Below are positions 9,678 through 21,114 of a DNA stretch of 41,797 nucleotides, piece after piece. This DNA is from Basidiobolus meristosporus CBS 931.73 (taxonomy: Eukaryota; Fungi; Basidiobolomycota). The notes beneath the pieces are model-generated. The model was not told the origin of the DNA and did not search any database. It was given only the letters and a program-made list of their open reading frames with translations. The stretch's first letter is position 1; every line of letters starts with the position of its first letter. The DNA lies in NCBI GenBank assembly GCA_002104905.1, contig MCFE01000727.1:1-41797 (forward strand), in the 5' to 3' direction. A program made the translations under genes and the position numbers.

Positions 9678-11897
9678 CCACCACTCACGCTAGAATGAGG
9701 TAAGGACTGGGTTTGCCAAAACCTCTGATATGCTACCTGATATTAATAGTAACAATCAATCTGGGCCCTTTCTAAGAGCACTAGAGGCAAGAATGGCACT
9801 TCACATTAGTAGTCGTTCAGTGCATTTCCATATCTGGGACCAGAGCAATTGGGCTATTTCTACCCTCATGTCACTACCTCGGAATTGAGACACCGTGTTA
9901 CAATCCCCATGCCCTGAGTGCAATACAGTAGGGGACCAAAGAGGAAATCTCCACAGAAGTGATCATCCATACGCAACGATGGGCTATGCACTCTTTTTGG
10001 CTCTGATTAGATGGGTTCCTCTTACGAGCGAATTTAGACTTGGAGCCCCATGTTGTTGGCGTCAATAGAAATTGGCCATTGCTGATCGTTCAGCATTTTA
10101 ATTGATGGCGCAAAATGACTACGTGTTGCCCAGGTGGTTCTGGCGGAGATTGGGCGATCACGGTAAGCAAATTGTCCTCTGGGAATATGGTGAGCAATCT
10201 AGGTACAAGCACAATGGCGCTGTAAACGTAAGACACAACATGAAGCAGCCCACGAATAGAGACTACTGTACCGTCCAACTATAACAACTGCGGAATATTC
10301 TTGCCGGCCAGTCATTGTGGAGGAACACTAAATTCTGCACCGCATCTTGGCCTCGATTGATGCTTCAGGCACAACTGACATCACTGGAAGATTGACTGTA
10401 ACTCTTTGTATCTACAGATACATAAATATGTGTCAAAGAGCTCTCACATAGCACACAGGGCCTTCACTTATTGGTGGAATGAATGTGGTTTGTGAAAAAT
10501 CCACATTATGGAGGCTTTGCATTATTACCGGGGAATCAGGATCCGAGTTCTTCTAACTTTACCTTTGAGGGTTTCGCCGAGTAGAAATAATGATATGTAT
10601 GCCATGCATATCCAAGTCGGAGCGAAGCAGCAGAAACTGTTCTTGTAGAAAGGCAGCGGTAGAGTGACCAATCATGGATCACCAATGCTCTAGAGTAGGT
10701 GAGAAGTTAAAACGGAGCCAACACGAGGTGTCCCGAGTGAAACTACAATCATACCAGCACAAATAGAATTGGTGTGTAATACTGTCACTGAAGGCCAATC
10801 TACATCTCCATCTTTCTTGCTATCTACTTCACCTGTGCTAAGGGATGATGCTCTATCAACTCTCGGGCAAGCTGTGAAATAGGATTGTTCATTTGGTTCT
10901 CATTCAGCTTGAATATAGAACTCCCGGCGGGACGGCACGATGCAGGACACAGAGTAGATATTTTGCCAACCAAAAACTGGAGGGGTATCGACAATCAGGC
11001 TGGAAATATGAAGGCAATTAGCTGAATGTATGCCAATTCCTAATGCAAGACAGTCAACATAGTAAATGGAATCTTGATTATCTGAGAGTTGACAGCTGCC
11101 AATAGGTAACTCAATACTGGATTTGGGATAATGAACCCAAAGATTTGGTGGTTAGATGAGAATAAGCAACCAGGTTATGAATTCGTGCTTCGACCACAAA
11201 ATACTGTTTGCCATGCATCGCTGAGACTGATGTGATATGGAAGCGTCGAGGAACCAAGGTATAGGGTCCGCCCGTTTTTTGATACTTATCCCGGTAGCAG
11301 AACATTACAACATCAAACCCTGTAAGCTGCTACCTTTGCTGCAACCAAGAGCCCATGTATCATCACCATAAAGGTACACAATCGAAGGAAAATATTACTG
11401 TACTTTGTCTTGATAACACCTATTGTTACAATCTCAAAAGCTACTTCCCCTCGTTGAGTCACATCTAGAACTTCCATTTATTTCTGGCATGGGCCAGGGA
11501 CTCACCATGACGCGTGTTGCTTAGGCCCCGAGTTTCTTCAAACTATGAAATACGGATGATGGTTATTGATGGTCATCCCAATGATTTCGCGAATTGTTTG
11601 CTGGATACTAAGGCAGAGAAACAGCCACTTTCGTCTTAATTAGGTTCGATATTAAAGATACTCTCTACAGGCTTGGTGGAGCTGACGGTGGTTAACACGT
11701 AAGTCAAATTCCCAGGGTAGTAAGCAAGCCCGACCTTCTTCAGCTGCTTCCTATCTTGTAGACTTCTTTCGTGCTGAGCCAAGGATCAATACTTTATTGA
11801 GCTCATCAGGCCGATTACAATCATATGGATGGAATCATCAGGCATTTACCACTTGGGCTTACTTGAGACAACAAATGAAATGGCCAATCCTACCAAA

Positions 11898-13064
11898 CTA
11901 AACCCCAAGTAGTTGTGACCACTTGTCCAGCAGCTCCACCGACACGGCTTTCCCACCACATGCAATTACAGTTATAGGGCCATCCAGCTCCAGCAAACGC
12001 TGCTCACGTCTATACACTATCGCCAATGAAGCGCCACAGGATGGTTCCACGAGCATGTTGTGATCGTTAAGAAAGCGCTTACAGGCGATCAAGGCTTCAG
12101 CATCTGTCACAACGTGGGAGGTGACTTTACCAGGATGATTTACAACAAGATCCCATACTCCTGTGGCAATATACCGTGAGCCTAGTGTACCCGCAATGGT
12201 GTCAATTTTGTCAATGACCACAGGCTTGTTGGCCAGCATCGAGGCGTGGAAACAGGCTGCACCTGTAGTTTCTACAGCCAAGACCGGAACATCGGACCAG
12301 CCTTGCGATCGGAGCCCCAACAAGATTCCACCCAGAAGGCCTCCGCCGCCTACCGAACAGACTATGGCCCCTGGTTTGGTAAAATTATTCTGGGTGGCGA
12401 TTTCCTAGAATAAAGAAGGGAACCCAGAGCAGAGTCAGTTTCTTCCCAGATACCAATGTATTTTGCCCAAGAGACCGCACCTTTATTAAGGTTGAATTTC
12501 CTTCCCAAAGAGCCGGATGATCGAATGGCGATACATAACACCATTCTCCGGTCAAGGCCAATTCTCTGGCCGCCTTCTCTGCCGTGTATACGTTCTCTCC
12601 AAAAACCTGCACTTCTGTTCCTGGCTGAGCCCTTAGCCTTTCGATAGTTTCGAGGGCGCAGGTTTCGGGGACGATCACTTTCACCGGATAACCTAACGCA
12701 TGCCCGGTGTAGGCCAAGGCCAAGCCTGCATTTCCGCCCGAAAATGTCACAAATCCTTTGAAAGGTGTTTGGGCGGTTTGGATGAGATGCTGAGCAAGAT
12801 AACCTAAAGCTCGATTCTTGAAAGAGCCACTTGTGAGCATAGAGTAGGAAACGGTGGAGAGGTTTGGAATGTAAGTACGGAATAGATATAGTAGATAGGC
12901 TCTATGTCAATACGAGGTCAAAGGCTGTAGCAAACCACCCGCACATACCTAGGTTGAAAAGTCTCTAATTTCAAGAAAACATCTTTTCCCAGTTCGTGAG
13001 TAAGCGGACGCGAGAAAATATAGGGTGTGACTTCGTAGAGATTAGCTTGACTATTCTTGGTCAT
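11898..13064 (-). CDS. CHA1: PLP-dependent L-serine/L-threonine dehydratase, 323 aa; exons 13064-12949, 12829-12481, 12404-11898
   Basis: Contains the FLKLETFQPSGSFKNR PLP-lysine motif, SGGNAG, CSVGGGGL and VEPSCGASLA. The spliced length of 972 nt is in frame. Confidence 0.92.
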
Positions 13065-13733
13065 AGTAGATAGTGTTTCGGGTTTGTTGCTCAGCACTCT
13101 TTAATCGAAGCAAAGATTAATGAAGTTTAGATACAAAATGAATCAACGGATTTCGTACGTCAGCGAGAGATGGTGGTATGGTGGATATAGAGTGTCAAGG
13201 TGCCCAGAAATGCTTTTCAAGGTATGTATTTATGCTGTGGCTCATAAGACATTAATCATTCTACGATTACTCACACGATCTCCAAATTGCATCGTTTGTT
13301 GGCTGATCAGCTAACAGGACTGCGGTAACAAGTCTAAATATAATTAACGTGGGAATAGGCATTGCCGCATACCCGTGTACAAAATTCCAGGTTAGAGCAC
13401 AAATATCAATGCAATGCAGGATTGTGGCTGGGCTCAAATACGGATTGCTCTAATGGAAATAGACGTTAGCGATTGTAAGTTTCAAGGTCTCAATTCTATA
13501 TGATTGGCTCTTATAGAGCTAGAAAATGAAACTAGCATAGCGCCCATGGTATTAAATCACCACATCTTGTGTCCGATAAGGTAGCCATCCTCTGCTAACC
13601 AAGATATCTCAGGTGGTAAATACTGCGCCAGCCCTGCTTCGAGTCCAGCGAGAAGGCCTTTAGATTTTTGACCGAGCAACACCAACGGGTCCATTCCTCA
13701 ACTCTCTAGTACGTAGACCCAAGTGTCTTGACC

Positions 13734-15326
13734 ATGACCTTTTCTCGCGAGCCCTTTCAAAAGTCTTTTTATGTCGGTGATTTCGACATTGGGGCTCCTC
13801 CCAAGACACTCCGAGAGCTTGAAGTGATGAAGCTAAGTGCTCATCTCCGTTCGAAACTGGACTGGCATAATAAGATTCACAACCCTGAAATCATCTACAA
13901 GTGGTCCGAAGAGGCTAAAGCTTATGGACTAACTAAAGCACAGGTCGACTTTGTTCTAGAAGAGTTGAAGTATTATGCCAGCTTAAGGGATGACGAGTCG
14001 GGGATCGAGGCTTCTGCAGTAGACGGTGTGTGGCAGTCTGACAAGCTGATTGAGGGTGTGTTGAAGGAGGAGCTGAGAAGGGGAGTGAGAGGACTAGAGG
14101 ATATCCCTGAAGCCTATAAGGATTGGCATCCAGGCTCGAATAAACAAGTGTTGGACTTGGTACATCCGTCTTTATACTGCTTTGTCAGTGGCGTAACCAG
14201 GCAAATACCCCCCGGAAAGGACATGAATGCGGTGCTGGCATCTTGTGGCAGCGGAGAGATAAAGCCTCTACGCGAGGTTGCTGAATACTCAGACAACTAC
14301 GCCTATTCTAGCAAGTACCAATGGCTCCCCGCTGATTTGTTTGTCAGTGAATCGGGGGACGTAACCTTCAATTCCTACATCAACAACCTCCATCCTGTAT
14401 GGCATCATGAGCTCTACTCCACCATCTCTAAAATATTTTCTCGCTTTGTTCCTCTCTTCAACAGAGTACTCACTGATTTACGGCATCCTCGTGACAACAG
14501 AATAGAAGTGGATCCATACACATGGTACGACAATGACTCTAGCATGCCCGATGACGACGATGATGAAGCTATGGATGATTGGTATCAAAACCGTCTTCCT
14601 GCTCTTCCAGATGCCCCAGCCTACTCCCCACCATCTGCACCAGCTCCTTCGGATATAGTTGACCTCCGCAATAGCCACTTGCAGGTGATAGTCAAGATTG
14701 CCAACATCGAGTTGACCCCAGAGAACCCCGAGTATCCTGGGGGGACATGGCATGTTGAAGGAATGTTGAACGAGAGTATTGTCGCAAGCGGGATTTACTA
14801 TTGGAGTAGCGAGAATGTAACCAAGAACGAACTGAGTTTCCGTGTGGCGGTAATGGACCCTGGTTATGAGCAGAATGATGATAATGGAATAGAGGCGGTG
14901 TATGGGCTGGTAAACAACGGCCCAATGAATCAGGTTCTGGGATCAGCAGTGACCCAAGAGGACCGCTGCATTGCATTTCCTAACACGCTTCAGCACCGTG
15001 TCTCTCCTTTCCGTCTCTCAGACCCCACTAAACCAGGACACCGCAAGATTCTTGTCTTCTTCCTTGTCGACCCAACAAGCACCATCCTTTCAACCTCAGT
15101 GGTGCCCCCACAGCAGCAATCATGGCTCGCTGACCAGCTATCTCCTATCCCACCGTTCAAGGAACTCTCGAAAGAAGTGCTTGATTCGATAGTAGACTTT
15201 TCGGAGTTGATGACACTACAGGAGGCTAAAAAGCACCGGGAGGAATTGATGGTTGAAAGGAAGTATTTTGTTAGCCAAAACAATGAACAGCTGTTTGAGA
15301 GGGAGTTTTCGCTCTGTGAACACTGA
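13734..15326 (+). CDS. DUF4246-family protein (predicted 2OG-Fe(II) oxygenase-like), 530 aa, intronless
   Basis: Long ORF with WQSD, DWHPGS..VLDLVHPS, GGTWHVEG..IVASGIYY and FPNTLQHRV..PGHRKILVFFLVDP, characteristic of DUF4246. The first ATG is at 13734. Confidence 0.85.
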   Translation: MTFSREPFQKSFYVGDFDIGAPPKTLRELEVMKLSAHLRSKLDWHNKIHNPEIIYKWSEEAKAYGLTKAQVDFVLEELKYYASLRDDESGIEASAVDGVWQSDKLIEGVLKEELRRGVRGLEDIPEAYKDWHPGSNKQVLDLVHPSLYCFVSGVTRQIPPGKDMNAVLASCGSGEIKPLREVAEYSDNYAYSSKYQWLPADLFVSESGDVTFNSYINNLHPVWHHELYSTISKIFSRFVPLFNRVLTDLRHPRDNRIEVDPYTWYDNDSSMPDDDDDEAMDDWYQNRLPALPDAPAYSPPSAPAPSDIVDLRNSHLQVIVKIANIELTPENPEYPGGTWHVEGMLNESIVASGIYYWSSENVTKNELSFRVAVMDPGYEQNDDNGIEAVYGLVNNGPMNQVLGSAVTQEDRCIAFPNTLQHRVSPFRLSDPTKPGHRKILVFFLVDPTSTILSTSVVPPQQQSWLADQLSPIPPFKELSKEVLDSIVDFSELMTLQEAKKHREELMVERKYFVSQNNEQLFEREFSLCEH

Positions 15327-16407
15327 AGAGCTTATATATTTGCTAGATATAGATGGTTGGAAGCGATTGATACGCAACTTGGATTCTAAATGCTCGATTT
15401 TTCATATTTATTTACGAACACTCAGGATCCTTTGCAGACGCTTCAGATATAGGCCAATGCTTGATACCACAAATGAATAAACATCACGTAGTCCAAGGCC
15501 TTTTTCACAGACGGCAATTGATGCTGCACCTAATGGGCTTATCAGTACGCAACTTGTCTTAAGGTTCGAGATTTCTCAATTCAAGGTGGTCGTTTAGACT
15601 ATGGGCACGAGCCGGGCAAACCGTCTATGTGGCCCATGATAAACAAGCCTCGGGTTTCTATAAAACCAACGACATGATTTATCTTAGTCACCTCAAGCGG
15701 CTACAGGTACAGACACGACATCACCAAGTTGACCTAATGATGAACGATACTGCGCCTTTCACTTTCCCGGCAGACACTAGTCTCATTCTTTATTAAGCGG
15801 TGCATTTCCTTGGATAGGCTGCTTATTGCGCTCAATTGGCCACTATCCTGGGAACTCTGAAGCTATACCGTTTTTGCTCCTTGCGGGCATGGATCGATAA
15901 TACAGTGTAAAATGGGTTGATCGAGAGGTGCTGTTAGTTCCCTCCAGTCAGCTCAAGATTACCTAATCTACCTAATCAGAAACAAGTTGTAAACTAACTA
16001 CGTGTGACTAGTTCCAGATGGATTGTTTGATACAGTCGCAGGTGCATGATTGCAAACACTTCGGTTGTTTGCATTCCAGGAATCATGATCAAATGATAGC
16101 GTAATAGCTGATATGTGATTGCACCAGGGCGTATGAAAAACACCTCCTGAAGAATATGCCAGAGGGTATCAACATGCCAGTGAACCGCCCTCTAACTGCT
16201 AAGCAGTATCAAAACATATATTTATATGGCTCTATGCAGGCATTCAAGTGAGCGTAATGACACTCTTCCTTACGAATCACTACAAACTGCTGTCCTACTA
16301 GCCTTCCAACTAGCTTTTACCTTCGTGATTCTTGGCTACATAGTCATCAGTAATACCAGAGAAGCAGTTGTTCATTTACAACCAAGCTGAATCAATCGGA
16401 CTTGGGT

Positions 16408-17252
16408 ATGGGTAAAAGCTCCAGCTATCGAAATCATAATCCCAAGATCAGTAGGAATGAGTATCACCCACAAAAAGCTCGCGGCAAATGCTACTACTGC
16501 ATCGGGTTCTTCCTGTGCTTGCTCTTTGTTTCGGCGGGGATTGTCACTTTTCTACTGTATGTGCGAGTTCCAACCATAACCTTCAATGCCATTGCTCCTG
16601 CCGAGCAAGGAATAGCCCCTTTTGCGCTTGAAGGGACACAAACCATCGTTTTTAACTTCCGACTAAACATAACCGTCGTCAACCCCAATTTCCTGGGTGC
16701 GAGATTTGACAAGATCATCGCCACCGTGGGTGCTTTTACTGACACATCCACACCTCAACCGGACTGAACCAAACTTCCTTTTCTAGGGGTACCATCCTTT
16801 GTTACCCGGAGTGAAATTTGGCAACGGGACACTGAAAGAAGTGAACATAACCCAACAAAACTCCACCGTTTTATTGTTTCCATTCACTCTATACTACGGC
16901 AAACCAATGGATCCAGATGACAGAGTTCTGAAAGACATAGCTGGCAGATGCGGGCTGATCCCAGGCCAAGACAAGAAGCCAATCACCATTGAATACGAGA
17001 TTGAGTTGTATTTCTCCATTTCAACCATCACTGGAATCGCCCCGATCATCCGCGGGAAAGCCGATTTCGAATGCCCCATTCCGGTATAGTGTGGTCATCG
17101 CGACGCTCTTCGTATGCGTACTAACGTTATTCCTCGGTTAGACCGGAGCGAATTTGGGACCACTAGGAGCCTCAATACTCGGCGTCCGCCCAACACCCAC
17201 AGCCATGTCGTCTGAAAAACCTCCAAAGCAAACATCCACACCACGCACCTAG
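16408..17252 (+). CDS. Single-pass membrane protein with LEA_2-like domain, ~241 aa; exons 16408-16725, 16787-17083, 17142-17252
   Basis: Cys-rich juxtamembrane segment plus TM (CYYCIGFFLCLLFVSAGIVTFLLY), then VRVPTITF..LNITVVNPN. GT-AG introns restore the frame. The last exon is less certain. Confidence 0.75.
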
Positions 17253-17756
17253 CTACAACCGAGCGATGAATTTCCGCGAAAAATTGTTGAAAATTGGCAA
17301 TCAGCTTCCAAAGACCTAAATAAACTTATCTGTGTATATATCATTTATATCACCAACGCATTCATGTTCGGTGGATTGCCGATCAAACATTCGGAAATCG
17401 GTGCTACACCTTCAAAATCATCGATGTTGGAGGTTCACTGGGATCGGAATGGTTGCGTGCTCAGGAAACGCAGAGCCTATACAGGATTGATTTCAAGGGA
17501 CCGCCAATAACCAGTAAATTGCCCAGAATACTCGAGCCTCCATCCACCAGCAAGGAGTAATCCTCTTGCATGTTTCAGAAACTCATGTAGTAGTTGTATG
17601 TGGCAACATACAAAGTGCCATCCATTCTCCTTACGGAAACACCATACGGCATAAATCCCATCGAATCTTTGTTTCTGAGATATTTCGCTTCATTCTCTTC
17701 CCCTGCGTATGACAAGATCAACAACACTCGTTTTGAATCCGTATTGAGTCTAAGGG

Positions 17757-17764
17757 TATAAATA
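17757..17764 (+). promoter_or_regulatory. TATA box (TATAAATA)
   Basis: Perfect consensus 50 bp upstream of the ATG at 17814. Confidence 0.55.
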
Positions 17765-17813
17765 CAACTGCCACCTACCATACTTTACACATAAACCAAT
17801 TGACATTATTTTC

Positions 17814-19580
17814 ATGAAATTTTCATCCGCAAAAGCCCTTCTGATTGCTTCCACCTTGGCTGCAGTTCACACTGCAGTATTGGAGCGGGGATACAATACT
17901 CAGGACTACTCCGGCAATGGGGGAGGAAAGGTAGAAGCTTACGGAGCAGGCTCTGGTGGTAAATATGCCAGTGGCAGTGGTGGCGATTATAAAGGTCATG
18001 GGAGTGGAGGTGGTGATTATGACGGCCATGGTGATGGTGATTACAGTGGTCATGGTCATCGAAGTGGTGGTGGCCATGGAAATGCTGGTGGTGGCGATTA
18101 TAGTGACCATGGAAGCGGCGGTGGTAGTAGTGACTATGGCAGTCATGGAGACGGTCATGGCAGTACTTATGGTGGCCATGGAAGTGGCGACGGCAGTCAT
18201 GGTGGTCATGGGAGCGGTGGTGACTATGGCAGCCAAGGAGGCGGTCATGATGGCAAATATAATGGTCATGAAAGTGGTGGTGATGGTGGTGATTATGTCG
18301 GTCATAAAACTGGCGGAGGCGGTGACTATGACAGCCATGGAAGTGGTGGTGGCGGACGCAACGGTCATGACAGCACTTATGGTGGCCATGGAAGTGGTGG
18401 TGGTGGATACAACGGTCATGGAACTAGCGTAGGTAGTGATTATGGCGGCCATGGAGGCGGTCATGGCAGCGCTTACGGTGATGACGGACACAACGGCCAC
18501 GGCGGCGGCCATGGCAGCGCCTATGGTGGCTATGGTGGTGGTGACAATGGTGGTCATGGAGGCGGTGATGGTGGCAGTGGCAGATATGACGGTCATAGTA
18601 ATGGCGGAGGCGGTGATTCTGGGAGTCATGGCAGCGCTTATAGTGGCCATGGTGGTGGTGGTGATAATGGCGGTCATGACAGCGTTTACGGCGGCCATGG
18701 AAGTGGTGGTGGTGGTGATAATGGCGGTCATGGCAGCGCTTATAGTGGCCATGGTGGTGGTAGTGGCGATGGTGGATACGACGGCCATGGAAGCGGCAGT
18801 GGCGGACACAACGGTCACGGAGGCGGCCATGGCAGCGCCTATGGTGGTGGTGACAATGGCGATCATGGAAGCGGCGGTGGCGAATACGACGGCCACGGAG
18901 GCGGTCATGGCAGCGCTTATAGTGGCCATGGTGATGGTAGTGGCGATGGTGGATACGATGGCCATGGAAGCGGCAGTGGCGGACACAACGGTCACGGAGG
19001 CGGCCATGGCAGCGCCTATGGTGGTGGTGACAATGGCGATCATGGAAGCGGCGGTGGCGAATACGACGGTCACGGAGGCGGTCATGGCAGCGCTTATAGT
19101 GGCCATGGGAGTGGTGGTGGCGATGGTGCATACGACGGCCATGGAAGCGGCGGTGACGGACACAACGGCCACGGAGGTGGCCATGGTGGTGGTGGTGACA
19201 ACGGCGGTCATGGAAGCGGCGGTGGAGAATACGACGGCCACGGAGGCGGTCATGGCAGCGCTTATAGTGGCCATGGGAGTGGTGGTGGCGATGGTGGATA
19301 CGACGGCCATGGAGCTAGCGTAGGTAGTGACTATGGTGGCCATGGAAGCGGCAGTGGCAAACACGACGGTCATGGTAACGTCTACGGTGACAATGGAAGT
19401 GGTGGTGACGGATATGACGGTCATGGCAATGGCGGAGGCGGTGATTCTGGCAGTCATGGCAGCGCTTATGGTGGCCATGGAAGTGGCGACAGCGATCATG
19501 GAGGCGACCAAGGTGGTCAAGGGGGCGGTGGTGGTGGCGGTGGAGATTATGGAGTTGGTGGATCCGCCTACAAATATTAG
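17814..19580 (+). CDS. Secreted Gly/His/Ser/Asp/Tyr-rich repetitive protein, 588 aa
   Basis: Signal peptide MKFSSAKALLIASTLAAVHT, intact ATG-to-TAG ORF, upstream TATA box. Third-position variation among repeats preserves this frame. Confidence 0.88.
   Translation: MKFSSAKALLIASTLAAVHTAVLERGYNTQDYSGNGGGKVEAYGAGSGGKYASGSGGDYKGHGSGGGDYDGHGDGDYSGHGHRSGGGHGNAGGGDYSDHGSGGGSSDYGSHGDGHGSTYGGHGSGDGSHGGHGSGGDYGSQGGGHDGKYNGHESGGDGGDYVGHKTGGGGDYDSHGSGGGGRNGHDSTYGGHGSGGGGYNGHGTSVGSDYGGHGGGHGSAYGDDGHNGHGGGHGSAYGGYGGGDNGGHGGGDGGSGRYDGHSNGGGGDSGSHGSAYSGHGGGGDNGGHDSVYGGHGSGGGGDNGGHGSAYSGHGGGSGDGGYDGHGSGSGGHNGHGGGHGSAYGGGDNGDHGSGGGEYDGHGGGHGSAYSGHGDGSGDGGYDGHGSGSGGHNGHGGGHGSAYGGGDNGDHGSGGGEYDGHGGGHGSAYSGHGSGGGDGAYDGHGSGGDGHNGHGGGHGGGGDNGGHGSGGGEYDGHGGGHGSAYSGHGSGGGDGGYDGHGASVGSDYGGHGSGSGKHDGHGNVYGDNGSGGDGYDGHGNGGGGDSGSHGSAYGGHGSGDSDHGGDQGGQGGGGGGGGDYGVGGSAYKY
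18729..19320 (+). repeat. Intragenic tandem repeat, 177-nt (59-aa) period
   Basis: CATGGCAGCGCTTATAGTGGCC units start at 18729, 18906, 19083 (period 177) and 19251 (168). Confidence 0.9.
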
Positions 19581-19895
19581 AGCTTGGATTGAAAAATTCG
19601 GGCGAATGTAGAGTAACTTAATCTATCTTATTCTGTTCTATATAGAGATGCCACTCATGCCTTTTGAAATAAAGTATATTCGAAACTTGGAACTAGCACA
19701 ATCTTTGCACACACATGGTGTATTCAACGTATGGTGACCAATCACCAATACAACAAAATGGCCAGGGTATGAGCTAGCGACTGGGAATTTCTTACAATAC
19801 AATTCAGTGGATTTTTAATGGGCAATTGATTTGCTGATGGATGCGGTTGAAGAGATGGGTGTGAGGTGCTGCCAAGGGCTGATTGTGATCAAATC

Positions 19896-20716
19896 TCAGA
19901 AATCGAAACCCTCCAAGGGGCCCAAAACATAATTTGTAGCGGCGATAATGTTGATGGTGTTGATCACGTCAAGGCTCCTAAAATATGAGCCTCTTAGGAT
20001 ACATGGCGCGATACCAAGATGGGTTTGACGCAAACGACCGCTAACTAAGAAGTGTTGGTCTTCTCCGTCCTGGCTAATCTTAACGTAGATATAGCGGCCC
20101 AATCTCCACCATCCAAACCGATAAAATAATGCGTGCTTGAGTCCGGAGTATATCGTCTTGACCAGGAGAAATACACCGCTGACATACACCAATCTCTTAC
20201 AAGTCAGCCGCAGGCTCTCTTCTCTGAGATGAGCTAGTGTGTGAGTGCGTACCGGCCTGGTCAATCTTGACCAGAAATTCTGGCACGGTTTGGAATACAA
20301 CAACAGCAGGTTCACGCATGTCGAGAATTTCTTCACCAGCTCGAGGCGTGCGACCCACGCCGAAAGAAACTCGATTTGTCGGTGAAGCGCTTGGCAGGCC
20401 GGATGAAGATGAATCACATCGCTCTTCGAGCGTAGCGCTTTCTCTACGTCATATTGACTTTGGCAGTTCACTGCGAGGTTGATCTTCCCCTCCGTGACGA
20501 ACAGGTTGTAGTCGTCTGGTGATAAAGGCTTCTGGAAGATGTGCTTTTGCACTGTGCTGGTAATCTTGATGACCTCTGACTCGGGAGAAACGCGTTAGTT
20601 CGAAGAAGAGAGGGGCCATGTCGGCAACATGAAATTCAAGGGGAATAGCAAATACCGGTGGGTGTCAGAGGGGAGAGCGGCGACTGGAAAATATTCATCT
20701 GCTCTAATATGGACAT
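19896..20716 (-). CDS. Hypothetical protein (short coiled coil plus hydrophobic segment); intron 20655-20576, further introns possible
   Basis: 218-codon ORF that extends upstream through a GT..CTAAC..CAG intron to an ATG at 20716 (or 20734). Divergent from RPS0. No family recognised. Confidence 0.5.
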
Positions 20717-21114
20717 TTTTGGAAGAAACTTCATTCCCCTACGGCTCTGAAAAGGGTACACTCTACCTTCACCACACCCGCCGTCCACTACCGCAGCCGA
20801 TTTTCGAAAATTATTCACCGGGTGATTTCGAAACAGATTTGATCGATTTTTATTGAGGGTCGGATTTTCAAAAAAAGGGTCTATCTTTTCAAGGTATATG
20901 AGGTATGGAAGCTCGCACCGGGATTCTTTCTCTTTTTTACTCACCACGGAACGTGCGTGCCATAGTCGGACCTTATAGTATCCTTTTTGATGTTGTGGCG
21001 ATGATGGTCGGTGGGCCATCGTCAACCCTCTGCAAATCATCCATCCAGCACTGTGTCATCTTTAACTCGTACTTACTATCTAGCTTCTGTCCATCGTAAC
21101 TACTCACTGACAGC

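Noticed and set aside
10715-10745. GTPRVG (lipase class 3-like) on the minus strand, and LINE-like words in 10.1-11.3 kb
   Set aside because: There is no GHSLG nucleophile motif or other ordered motifs, and the frames have many stops, so this is probably chance or unrecognisable debris.
13632-13650. TTCGAGT resembling a tRNA T-loop
   Set aside because: The flanks do not form a 5-bp T-stem, and there is no D arm, anticodon arm or acceptor stem.
18729-19320. Regular repeats as a CRISPR array
   Set aside because: The units are contiguous coding repeats without unique spacers, there are no cas genes, and the context is eukaryotic.
17823-19611. Long alternative-frame and antisense ORFs (565, 295, 235, 158, 94 aa) over the Gly-rich gene
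   Set aside because: GGN/CAT/GAC-rich repeats rarely create stops in other frames. The products are Met/Ala/Val/Thr or His/Arg low-complexity shadows with no independent signals.
20300-20400. Resemblance of LHRQIEFLSAWVARLE to the Mff coiled coil
   Set aside because: This is generic heptad similarity only. Mff is known from animals and its repeat motifs are absent here.
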